A stretch of DNA of 64,000 nucleotides from Auanema rhodensis. Lineage: Eukaryota > Animalia > Nematoda. The notes beneath the pieces were generated by a model, which saw only the letters and a list, made by a program, of their open reading frames with translations, was not told where the DNA came from and made no database searches. This document shows, one piece after another, positions 1-16,218 of this stretch. The first letter of the stretch is position 1. The number at the start of each line of letters is the position of its first letter. The stretch spans positions 5,022,001 through 5,086,000 of the forward strand of contig OZ059899.1 of NCBI GenBank assembly GCA_964057225.1. The letters run 5' to 3'. Position numbers and translations under genes: made by a program.

Positions 1-2520
1 CTTCGATTATCTGATTGAAACGCACAATATCAGAAACTACTGGTAATCTGAACGTTTGGACTCCATTCAGTATCATTTCTGTCCTAGTTGTCATGTCTTT
101 TTTTCCGTCTCATCTATCATATCAAAGAAAAAGCTTTACCCTTCCCGATTGTTTGCAAAGTCAGCATGTCCGTTTCTAATCTGCTCATGCTCTTTGAACT
201 CCAGGAAATAACTCCTCAATTTCTAATCATAACGTCATCTTTGTGTGTGAATAGGCCTCGAAATCATATCACTAACGTAGCTCTTAATACGAAATCAGAT
301 GCCATCCACTTCTTGAGCCGTCCTTTTCTCATTTCCAGATATTTATTTTTCCAATTCATAGTGCATTGAGCATTGCAGAATAACTTGTTAGTCAGATAAA
401 CTAGCGGGGATTACACACGTCAGTTGTCTGTTTCATTTCACATTCATCTCATGAGCAATTGCTCAATAATCACAAGTAGGACTATGTAACATGAAGAAAA
501 ATTGTTTAATTACCCATAACTTTTCCGGAGTGCTGTACATGTGATCTTTGTTTTTTTTTGTCATTACTCCAAGTCATCTTAATTCTCTCTTCTATAGTGG
601 TATTTGTCTCAATTCTTTCTGCTTAAATTACATTTTACCATTTCTCGAACTCTTTGTTACCGGTGATGTTACACACTCGTTGAATCCCTACATGTTTTTT
701 TCCAATTTCATGTTATCTTATCGCTTATGTTCTGCAAATGCCAGAAACAATTTAACTTATTTTTTCTCACTTACTCTCCATTTATTTTGAGTTTTGCCGC
801 ACGAAGTATAGCTGTGTTTCCCTTCTGTATACTTGTCATGAATTTAATTTGAATTCGTCATTTTTGCTTTTGCAGGTGTTAGAAGAGGTTGTGCTTTGTG
901 TCTATCTTCTTGTTTCATCTATTTTCTTCTTTTTCTGAGCTAGGAAGTTCAATTTTTCATTCCTTTTCCCTATCTCTCCTTCTATGCTTTTGCCTGCTGT
1001 GAAAATCACTTTCTTGTTCTTGAGCTTTAAGCGTAGTCTTCATTCAGCTCTACTTTAACGTCATCTGGATTTAAATTTGTTGCCATCGTCGTTGAGAGCA
1101 GACATGTCGACTCGTTGAAAGCAACTACATGGTTTTGCCTATCTCTACTTCTCTTTCATCCGCCTCCGTCTTTTTCGCTAAAGGCAAATCCATTTCAAGT
1201 ATTCTCGTCTTTATGACTTTTTTTGTTACTCTATTCTATTCTATCGACCTCTATAACTATTTGTTCCTCTGACCTGCATCTGTTGTGCAAGCCTTGTTCC
1301 TAATCACATTTGCTAATTCGACAACATTCGTGAATGTTTGGCATTCTAAAAAAATCGGCTTTGTTGTTAGATCTTACATATATTTTCCTGCACTAATCAC
1401 CTGGTTTTTGGTTCTTATTATTGAAATGTATGCATGTTTCACCACGGGTTCCACCAATAAACTCAACATCATTATTTTCTCGGACTTCCTACTCCATTTT
1501 GAATAGCTGCTAGCTTTTCCTGTTAGTTGGTGATGTTTGATATCAAGGGTTGTAACCATACTTCTACATTTTTCAAAAATAACAGTTCTTTGTTGTTCTT
1601 GGTTACAGCTTCCCTTGCAGCATTCTTGTCTATGGCTTTTTCTCTTTCTTCTTTCCTTACAGCTACATTCTACAAATCCAGATGTTTTCCCGGGATGATT
1701 TCAGGTCTTCGACCGGCTTTCTTCATAAACAAGCCTCTACTGCCTTAGGAATTCAACCGAGTTAATAAAACTTCGTTTAGTAAAAGTTGAACTTTTCTGA
1801 AATAATCACAACTTATTCCAAGAACGCAATCTTTATGTTTCCACTTCCTGTTCCTTCTCTTATTCTTTAGGCCCTTTTAAAGTTTTTTGACCATTGTTCA
1901 ATAGTTGTTTTGAATTTATATCTGTTGTTTTCGGGTCTTCAAACTACATACTACTAATACGAATATACTAAGTTTATTGCCACTTTTGATAATATTGGCT
2001 TTCTGGTCAAATTAGAAGAAACAGCTTTGTTAGTAAGTTTGTAAGTAATATCACAGACAAAATTATGTCTTACTAGAAGTCAATATGTTTCTTCCTTATT
2101 CTTTTGTATTTTTTTTTTTTATTTTCTTAAACTATTGTCTGTCTATTTTCTTGACTTTTCCTTATATTTCTTCCTTATTTCTTTCATTACCTTTTCGTCT
2201 TTTTTAATGGCTACTCATATATTCTTTTGATATATACTCCCTCTCCACCCTCTTCTTTCATCATATATATTTCTTTTGCTTTGACGAATTGTTCAGAATT
2301 CGGAATTTATTCATAACTTGTTCTTTGATGTTGTTTTTCCCTCTGACTGACGTATTTCTGCTTCTTCCCTTTAGTTTTCAGTTTTCTTCATGCTGTTGGT
2401 GAACTTGTCATCGTTTACAACGTTGAACTCTTGTCACTGTCTGATTTGGCCACTTTTCTCATTCCATTGCTTTGCCAAACACTTAACGACTTGATTTTAT
2501 CCTTTACTTAAGATCATCGG

Positions 2521-3790
2521 ATGGATTCTTGTGTCATTGGCGATGTTTTCCGAGAGACCAGTAATCAAGAGCGAAAAGGACGATTCACGGTGCGTAATCA
2601 TTGAATGATAACTTATCCGATAGTACCTTGATTAAGCATTTTCTATCATACTAATTTAAACTTTATTGAATGTAATCTATATCATATATAATCTGTTTGC
2701 AAATTTTATAATTATTTAAAAAATTTAAATTTTCATGTTTAAGGTTGAAAACTTGAATCATGTTCATTGTGTACTCATCAGTGACAACTGCCAATTGATC
2801 TCAAAAGCAACAGCTTCAACTAGTCGGGATGCATGTGATTATGTGAGTTATTTCCAATTTCTTGTCCAAATTATTATACAAACCTATTTTAAATGTTATT
2901 TTCAACAACTGTTCTCATTTAAATTGAAACATTTAAATTATTCTTTCAATATAAATGTTATATTAACTACTGTATTTCAGCCCTGTGCTAAGTTGACACT
3001 TTTTCCAAAAAATTCTTCACGTGTCAACAGCAAAGATAATTATACTGTTGTTTTAAAAGAGGTATGATCCGAAAATACTGAAAGATTTCATTTTTACTAT
3101 AACAGGCTTGTTTCAATACTGAATCACGTCTTACGGATCCTGAAGATAATGATCTCCTCCCCAATGTTATTATTTGTTTTGTTTCCTTAGAGGATCGTGA
3201 CAAATCATTATATAGAATATCAGAAATTACCAAAAAGGTGCAACTTTTATATTTCATTTACATCAGTTTACTTTTCTTTTTGATCAGATGGAAGCTCATA
3301 GCTGGCGGAGCCGTCTTATACTTGTAGTGTTTCGCCAGAATCCACTGTCTGTTCCTGATGACGATGTCATGTCAGCCATTAGAAGCTTGGCTCGTATGTC
3401 TTCTGTTTATAGTTGCATAGAGACGTCTGGTATTTCAAAGGTTTGTTATTATGTTTACTCTATTGAATACGTAATTATTACTGTGTAATTACCTTCATTT
3501 TGTTTGAAAAATAACAAATTCAAGATGAATTTCATTAAGGTTTTAAATAGAATTTTTAGAAAATCATTCGTCATGCTATCATTATGTCTCTCCTAGCTGC
3601 CCGACCAACAGTAGCTGAGATGAGACAAGTTTCCGATTTTGTAGTTATCGACGATGAATCTGTTAAACGGAAGGAGGAACAACCTAACATACAACCTTTT
3701 CGACCAAGAAAACCGTCTTTGGGTGAACGTATAGATAAATTGGGAGAATTAAAAAAGAATAGACGTAACAAATCGTGCAAAATCCAATAG
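2521..3790 (+). CDS. Rho-family-like pseudo-GTPase with polybasic-CaaX tail (6 exons, about 254 aa)
   Basis: Exons 2521-2589, 2744-2842, 2981-3061, 3106-3237, 3288-3440, 3560-3790 join in frame through GT-AG, phase-0 introns. Segments resemble Rho strands and helices (HVHCVLISD, NVIICFVSLED, RLILVVF, LARMSSVYSCIETSG) and the protein ends KKNRRNKSCKIQ*. No GxxxxGK[ST], DxxG or [NT]KxD motif. AATAAA at 4018-4023. Confidence 0.7.
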
Positions 3791-4106
3791 ATTGCATGTG
3801 TAGGGTTATGTTTCGTATATTCATATAATCAAAATTACTAACACACTTGGAATGTTTCATAGAGACAGAGGTCAACACAAGTTTATATTGTTGTAAATAT
3901 ATTCAAAAATCATTTTTATAATGTACTAACACCTATAGGTTGTTGACCTCACCCTTAGCCAGTCGCAATTATATGATGTTTCGTTTGATTCTGTTTGTAC
4001 CATGACTGCGGGTTGTAAATAAAATTTCTATAATATTTATTTGTTTTAAATGAAAATTTTCCGGTCGTGAAAAAAATCCGCCGGAATTAACCCGAATTCT
4101 AATTGC

Positions 4107-7451
<3,345 letters not shown>

Positions 7452-8179
7452 TCAAAGTACAGTAAATTACCTATAATTTACTATGAAATTAAAAAAGTAA
7501 ATTTCTGGAACAATGAGTACTAGGAGTCTACCACACATCGTCGTTTACATGAAAATGTGATCTCGTGTTCAACGAGCAATCTCGTAATTTCAAGTATTAA
7601 AAAAAATAAATAAAATAAGAGAAACCTTCTGGAACTGATAGTGACATCTTATCAATAAAAGTATTATAATCAGATGTAATACATCCAACTGTAATACGAT
7701 ATAGATGAATAAATGAATAAAAACTTCTAAGTATATTAGTTGAATTCAAGAGTAACTAATTCCAATATATATGAAACAATATCCTATTTTTTTTTAACTT
7801 TTCAGTAGGAACGGCACTCATTATATAATTTATTATAATTTAAAATCTCAAATTATTGAATTTGAATTAATGTTTAGTTTTATTAATTTGAAATCAGTAA
7901 AATGATAATATTTTCTCGTCATAGGAACAAACAAAGGTCCTCTTAAATATTTTAAAAATTAGTCTTTTTCCACTACTGTAATCAAAAGTTTATGAAATTA
8001 TTGATTGATTTTATGCATATTTCATTTTGGGATTGCGTTTCGCAATTTCAGCTTATGGTGATAAATTACAAAAGAGCGGGATCATCCCAGTTTCAATTGA
8101 ATTTTTTGTCGAATTTATAGTCTGGGTTTATCTAAGCTCAAGCGAAGGTTTTAAAGTTAGGTATTCATATGGTATGTAA

Positions 8180-10050
8180 ATGGAGCAGTTCGTCATGGAT
8201 ATTCCTCAAAAGCCTAAACTATATAATAATCAAAATAAATATGCTGTTCTGATGACAAGAACAGCGCCCTATGAATATCTTGTTCATCAAGTATCTTGCG
8301 ATGTTACTGTAGGTGACAAACGGCTTTTATCAACTGATTTGTCCACAGTAGATCTACATGTTATTGTAAGTTTTTTTCAGGTTATTTAAAATATTATTGG
8401 TTTCATTTTGTGATTAGGTATTGGGAGTTTATGAAAGTTTTGAGAGAGCTCATTTCGTGAAAAGAACTATCGAAGGTTGCAATGAAGAACAGAATTTATC
8501 TAATTTGGTGCATGGTAAGAAAAATGAGCTGAGCATTTAAAATATTGTTTTAGATATGTCTGGGATTGTTAACCAACTAAGGTCGGTTTCCGAACAAATT
8601 CAAACACCTAATAAAGTAAACAAGGATATCCATAGTTATCTTAAGAAATTTTAAATTGTAGGATATTATCAATTCACCTTACTCTAATAATTCGTTGGAT
8701 CGAAAGTTTTCTCCCATCGTCCCACAAACACCATTTATCGATAAATCATCTACAACTATTGATACTTCTATGTGTTCTTCAATGTACGCGGGAGCTCAAA
8801 CACCGAATTTAGAATATGTCTACTATGATTTACCAGCTACTAGCACTCCTCAAATCGAAACAATTCCTGGTTTGTTTCTCCTGCCAAAAACTAATTAGAA
8901 TTTGTTCAGTGAAATCGGCTCTGGTAGTTGAGGGAGATGATCATGAACCTCTGAATTACTCTGTGGTATATTTGTATTTTATAATGTTATTTTTTATTAT
9001 ATTTATTTCTTTTAGGTTGAATTAATCGCAGGACTGGCGAAACTATACCATTTACCTTCGAATGTTCATCGAGATAGTTTTTTTGCCAAATTGCTTGCTT
9101 TACTTCTTTTCAAAGGAGAGCAATGTTCGCGTAAGGAAGACAAGGATAAGGTTAAATGATTTTTCTTCTATTCGCTTATATTTGATGTTCATTTAGTGGA
9201 ATTGGTTGATAAAGAACGTCTTTCATTTCTTTCCAACTTCCCATATTCCGGATGAGGCTGAGCATATCCGAGAACATAGAATATCTAGCGCTGTCTTTAA
9301 ATTCTGCCAAACGAAAAAAAAGGTAAAAAAGTAATTATTGAAAGGTACTATGTAAATTTTAGAAAACTGTAAATGGTAAAAAAATCAAGGATAATACTCA
9401 ATTGTTAGCTGATATATTTGACAAGTTATTTATATATATATAGTAGTACATGATATAATTTTATTTAGATTCCATCAGTCAACCGTATCCGATGGTAAAA
9501 ATCCTAAGCTGCGATATCGATCTGTTCCATCTTTCAACTTTACTCCAATAAGTCTAAGAAATAAAAAAGTGGACGAACTGAAGCCATGCAGATTAGAGTC
9601 ACCGGGAAGCATATCATTAGCCTCTATTACTTGCTCAGATATTTTAAGTAAAAGTGTAATTCACTCATCACTCTTTTCTAAAGAACAGGTAATTTCTAAT
9701 GAAATTATTGTAGTAAACTTTGTTTTTAGATTTTGTTGTTAGGGAGAAAAACACAAAAAAGGTTTGGTGTTAAGTCTTACGTTAAGTTTGCTGCTTCTTT
9801 GGCCGAAAAAATTATGGATGCTAAGAGAAGTCGTGTTCTTTCGGACGAAGAGGCATGTTCTAACCAAATTTGTTTTACATATAGAGTAAATTTAGAAGCA
9901 ATTTGTTTATCAATCCACAAGAACCGTGTACAATAAGAATAAGAAATGTGTGGAAAATTTTTCTATATTAGATAGAGAAGTAGAAGTAAACCTAACTTTA
10001 ATATAATAGTATTTTATCAAAAACAATTTCAGGCTTACCTTAGGAAATGA
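8180..10050 (+). CDS. Uncharacterised, probably nuclear protein with two BEN-like helical domains
   Basis: About 12 short exons splice in frame from ATG 8180 to TGA 10048-10050. Two segments have BEN-like spacing: FFAKLLALLLF..KWNWLIKNVFHFFP..RISSAVFKFCQTKK and FAASLAEKIM..LSDEEKQFVYQSTRTVY..ILDREVEAYLRK*. The N-terminus is beta-rich (KYAVLM..VIVLGVYESFERA). The gene itself is well supported; the BEN label is pattern recognition only. Confidence 0.6.
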
Positions 10051-11256
10051 AATTGGAAAGAAAGCTGGAATGCAGAATCATATTGATTACCTAGTTAAGG
10101 ATTTGTTAAATTTTCAATTTACTTAAACGTTTTACTTTTGTCAATGTACTATCACTTCATAATTGTAAGGAGTTTGTTTGTTCTTTCCTGTTAATAAATG
10201 CAAATTTCTCTTCTAACACGAGAATAAATCTCAAACAATTTTTGGTTGAACTCATTATAAATTGAATGGAATAGGGTTATGAAATTAGGGACCAACAGCT
10301 ATTAAATTCTATTCTAGCGCAAATAATTTTTTTTCTTAAATATTTATGTGCCCACATAAGTGTCTCTCACATATTTTCCATACCATTTTATTCCTCCTCA
10401 TAGGTTTTATTATATAGACATTCTGAAGCCAGTAGTAGAATATCAGAAAACTGAACAAGATGCACAATATCATATATCACGAAAAAAAACCAATAAAATG
10501 TTTTAATGGAAACTCATCAAATATCAATTGTTTCTTTTAAACCTCGCTTATCAGATACGTACGAAGAACGACGTTTTTCTCCACAGCAACAAAGAATTTT
10601 AAACCGATATCAGCTTTTTGATTCCAACCGATAGGTTTCAGTAATTTGGTACATAATGAAACCTGGAACCGATTAAAAACGAAAAATACATTTTGGGTGC
10701 AGAAACTTCTTGTTGATGACAGCAGTTGAAGCATTAATTGCAAAGAAATTTCAAAAATACATATTTCAAATACGTAGAATTTTTGGAAAATTGGATAATT
10801 GTAGATGAAGACAAGGTACAATGTAAAGTTATGTTAACGTACTAGTCATGCACAAGTTGGTAGTTTAGTATAAACTTCAAACCAGATTGTATTTTTTTTT
10901 ATAAGGTTTTAGGTAAAAAAGTATGTTATTAATCTGTAAATTATGAAAAGCTTAAGCTTATTCAATTTGATCTCAAAAGTATAAAATATATTTTCAAAAA
11001 TTTAAAGACATTTACTAATAATGAGTGTGTTTTATAAAATTTGTATAAGTGTACTATAATACTGTACGAGTTTAATAAGTACAGTAATATTTCACTACGA
11101 TTTGACAACCTTACGCTATGTTACTGTAACCGCCTCAAAAGAGTTCGAAAAACTTCGCATTTTCACATTAATTTTGAACTTTAATATAATTCTTTATATT
11201 TAAATATGTATAGCTACTTGTTACATTTATATTATATTCGTTTTAGCATAGCTTGA

Positions 11257-14200
11257 ATGACAGCTGATAGTCAGAACGAAGAAAATGGGGTGACAGTGGC
11301 TTTCGAGCCTATTCCGTAAGTTGTATTTTTTTCAATTTGCACATAGCAAGGTTATAAAACTGTTTATCTTATTACTCTTTGGTTTTTGAATGCAGTTTGT
11401 TTGTTTCTTGACGTAATTTTATCCAAGGAGTTTAGCAATGATTTACAGTGATGAGAAATGTTAACCTATTCGCGGTTGTTGCAGATAATTTACGATTGTC
11501 TATCAACATTCCTTTTCACATTTCCGTATAGCTGTACATAGTTGAACTAACATAATTTGTGAACTCTTGTGGACACTTCTTGTTCTTTAATAGATGATTC
11601 TAACCCTGTTTTCAATTTACGATGAATGTCAAGTGTAGTACCCATCCTATAAGATCATTTGCATTTTCATCAAAGTTTAGTGATCTTCATGTGGAATTGA
11701 TAATAGCCACTTGTCCTTGATGAATCTAAGTGAACTAGCGCCCCCACTTTATTGTCATCAACTCTATCGTTCACATGTTTGTCTTTAATGTTTTGAGCTC
11801 GTGGTTTAACTTGACATATGATATCCTCAACAAACTTGCTTAGCGAGATTGGATATTCAAATCTTTTTATATTCTATGAGATCTGGTCTCTTTTTACCTT
11901 ACCTGTTACATGTTTACTTTATTTTCTGTGTGTTATTATGATAAAATTAACGACGAAAATCTCAAATATATCTACCTTCTGCCTTCGTTAGTATCGTTGT
12001 CTACACCCTTTGGAATTCAATTATGCGTTTTCATTTGACGAAAGGGCATTCGCTTTCCTATGCACGCTGTGACGTCTCTGCTCTTCCTCTGTTTCTCTCT
12101 ATCTTACGTCTGTGTGTGAAAGAATGAAGCCACGCCTCTGTGTTCAGAGAGTGTGCAAACCAAAAGCTCGTGCCATAAATGTGGGGGAATTCTGTTCTTG
12201 CTTGCTAATGTTCTTCATTTGTATATTCCTTTGTTAATCTTCTTACTTATCGATAATTATGTTTACTTTATTATCTTAAAATGTACTAATGTAGGATTTA
12301 ATTTATACTTTAGATTCTATGTTTATTTTACTGTTTATGTTAAGCTTTTACTATTGTTATTCAAAAGACCGATTTTCCATTTTTTATATCCGCGTAGCGC
12401 TGGCTTATTTGCCATCGAGTTGATTGAAAAATCTCCTGTCTGCCTTTTCTTCTCTAATGCCTAATACGAATTCTTTCGAAACGATCCTCTTCCGATAAAA
12501 TTTACTACTTCGAACAGCTGTTCGATTTTGTGACGTAGAGATTTATCCCACCTTCATGATTTTCATTTCTGATCTATACCTCAGTCATGCCAGATGGTTT
12601 TGGAAACTTGTTACGTAGGTATTTGGGTTCAAAACTTCAGTGTAAATCTTTTAATTAAAGTTTTTAAGTTCTATATCATGTTACCTTAGCTTGCATTAAA
12701 ACAACTTTCAAGATCCGTAGGAAAGTACATTAGATTTTATACACCATGGCTTTCTTTGCACTTTCTCTCCTCATTGTTAATTTCTGCCCGTCTGCCCTAC
12801 ATATATCAACGGAGTCATCGTCCACGGCACAGTGACTGTAATAATTCTGAAAAATGGCGTGACTAATCTAACTTTAACAATATGGCCTTCAGTTTTCTAT
12901 TTTCTGCATTCATTCTCTGGCATATGATGGAATTTTGAAATACCTATAACATTTATTCAGCTCCAGTCTTTGTTATATATATTTTAAAAAACGGTTGCAA
13001 TTTCTTCGTTTAAAACGTTCTGCCGTTTTGTTTCCCTTCGCTTTACATTTCACTGGAATCCCTAGAGTGGTTTACGGACACCCCAAGCTGCTCTGTTGAC
13101 TTTACAAGTGATGTCATATGTAATCTATTCTAAAGTCTGATAGAATATTATCACAATTAGAAACATGCAACTTGGCAGTTGAGCTGTGCTTATTTCCCAA
13201 TTATTGCTTTGGTTCCCCGTTATCATTGTATATGAATTCAGTAAGCGTTATGAATTCGTCTCTTGAACTTTCTGATTTTTGTAGATCGGAAGATCACCTT
13301 TCATAAGATCAGTTGCTCATATTGTAATTTTTGATAGCTATGTCATTTCAATACTTCCAATATTTTTTAAACATAGTAATTGTTTAGGTCTTCGCCACCG
13401 AAGAACACGGGTAACAGTATGGACGCTTCTTCAAAGGGGACTAAGTATCGTGAGTTTGTCTTTGAACATTGAATATAAAACCAAACTATGAGAATAGCTC
13501 GATAAGAAAAGTTGATATCATAGTCATATATGTATATGTATAAATTAGCTTGAAAAAATAGGTGGCCGTTAACTGTGAAAATATCTTAACGTATACCAAA
13601 AGTTCTGATTCATAATCTGAATACGGGGTCGGCATGACCTGCGCGATTTCTACTAGAAAATGCAGTTGTTCAAACATTTTTATCGGAACACGTTTATCAA
13701 CGGGGGAATTTTCTTTGTCGCAACTGATTTTTGATTAATTTTACGCACAAAATATTCTTATCTAAGAAAAGAGAATAGGATTTATTTCGTTTGGTGTAAA
13801 GACAATAATGTTAAAATACAGGAATAAGTACAAGAATGATAATATTGTTGTACTCGTTTACGAATACAAAAGATTATTTTCATCATATTGCAGGATTGAT
13901 ACCATCAACTCGCTTTGCCTTGGCCATAATATGCTTCTTCGGATGTGCTGTAACATATACAATGAGAACAAATTTGTCTCTTGCTATCGTATGCATGGTT
14001 TCGAATAATGATACTTTGGAAGTGTCTGGAAACAGTACTATGATTAACAAATGCGGAAAGGAGGTTTCTAGTCAAAAAGATTCGGTTATTGGAGAATTCG
14101 ATTGGGATCAAAACACTCAGGGAACAGTTCTTGGTGCTTTCTTCTTTGGTTATATTGGAAGTCAAGTGAGAGCAATCTATATTTTTGTAAACATCAAGTA

Positions 14201-15790
14201 TATAATTCTTCAGATTCTTGGTGGAATAATTGCTAGTAGATTTGGTGGAAAACGTATCATTTTTGCATGCATTTTGGGATCTTCCTTATTCACATTATTG
14301 AGCCCTGTCGCTGCCAGAACTGATGCTTATGTCTTAGTAGTTCTTCGTGCAGCTATTGGTTTTCTCCAGGTTGACTTGTGCTCTTGTTGTTATCATTAGT
14401 TCTGTTTTTCAGGGTGCAACTTTCCCAGCTATGCACACCATGTGGTCAGTTTGGGGACCTCCACTAGAACTTTCTGTTTTAACTGGAGTTACTTATGCAG
14501 GTAAAATATTATATATTTTTTTGAGTTAATTATCTCGTTTCAGGATCTCAAGTTGGTAATGTTATTGTTTTGCCTTTGGCTGGATACTTGTGTCAAAATG
14601 GATTTGATGGCGGCTGGCCTAGCATATTTTACGTTCTTGGTATATAAAAAAATTTTTTTTGGGATTTCTAAAACTATACTGCAGGCTTAACTGGATTGGT
14701 ATGGTGTGCTGCTTGGGCTTATATGGTGTCTGATCGTCCATCTAATCATCCTCGTATCTCAAGTGAAGAAAAGAACTACATTATTCAAGCTGTTGAAGCC
14801 AGTACCGGAAAAGAAAACGATAAAGTACTCTTGTACCGTAACTTTTTGCTAAATCTAGATTTCAGCCACCTGTAATACCTTGGAAGAGCATTTTCACCAG
14901 CCGTGCAGTTTGGGCTTGTTGGATTGGTCATTTTGCTGGAGATTGGGGAGCTTACACAATGATGGTGGCTATGCCAAGTTTCTTGAAGGACGTACTACAA
15001 CTTGATCTTTCTGCAGTATGTTATTTTTTTAAAAACATTAATATATTTGTTTTACAGTTGGGAATGCTTTCTGCTGTTCCATACATTGCCTATTTTCTTG
15101 CTATTAATGTTGGTGGTATTCTGGCTGATACAATTCGTTCCAAGGGAATTCTCGGAACTTTGAATACTCGTCGTGCTGCCATGCTTATAGGTAATATGAA
15201 AGCGATAAACAATCGTATAATGAAGTATTTTTCAGCTCTTGTTGGTCAAGCCCTTTTCCTTGTTCTTTCCAGTTATTGCGGATGTGGCCAAGAGGTAAAA
15301 ATAAATATTGTTGTTGATATCAATATATCATCTCATTTAGATTCTTGTTATTGTTTTCTTGACTCTCGGAATGGCCATTTCTGGACTTCAATATTCTGGT
15401 TTTGTTGTCAATTATCTTGATATTGCTCCAATTTATTCTGGAACTATCATGGGTATTGGAAACACAATTTCTTGCCTTGCTGGAGTAATTACTCCTAAAG
15501 TTACAGCTATGGTTGTTCAACAGGTATATTTAAACTATAATTGCGTTCACGTTTATTTATTTTTGTTCAGAAAACTCAAGAGGAGTGGCAGATGGTGATG
15601 TTGATCACAGCCGGTATTTTAACTGCTGGGTCTACACTATTCTGGTAAGTTGACTCATGTACTTTTTAAAGTTTGATCTGATGGTTTTAGTGTTATGGCT
15701 AGTGGAGAGGTACAAATGTGGGCTAAGAACAAGTCATCCGATCCTAGCGAAGGAATTCCTTTGAAAGAAAAAGAAGCTATCGATGCTTAA
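11257..15790 (+). CDS. slc-17.2: SLC17/sialin-like MFS anion transporter (slc-17.2-like)
   Basis: Motifs [96 protein letters not shown]. First coding exon 11257-11315, second from 13388 with an in-frame ATG at 13419, TAA at 15788-15790. The symbol rests on recalled similarity to C. elegans C38C10.2. Confidence 0.85.
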
Positions 15791-16218
15791 AGGTGCAATA
15801 ATATGTTGATTTTTCTATTCAATATACTCCCCTTTTACTTTCTCTTGTTCTATTTTATCGAAATGTCACCTATCTTCAAAAATAGCGCAATCTTTTTAGA
15901 TTATTCTTGTTCTTTAGGTTCTCTTCACATAGTTTTCTGAATTTACCCATTTTTAGCATTCCTTTTGAACTACCACTTTCATTTTCAAGATTTATGCTTT
16001 AGGTTATTTAATAACTTGTTATCAGCGGTTTACGAAAATTTGTTGGTATTTATGGTAGAAAACTAGATTGTTTTTGAAAACCGTTGATATGTTTGTCTGC
16101 TCAGAAAAAGATGAAAAACGTTTTTAAAATATTTAGATTATAAAAACTTTTCTTCAAGAAGCAAACATAAAATGAATCACCAAACTCCTTTTTTGCTTAA
16201 CTTTCTACCAAGATCTCA

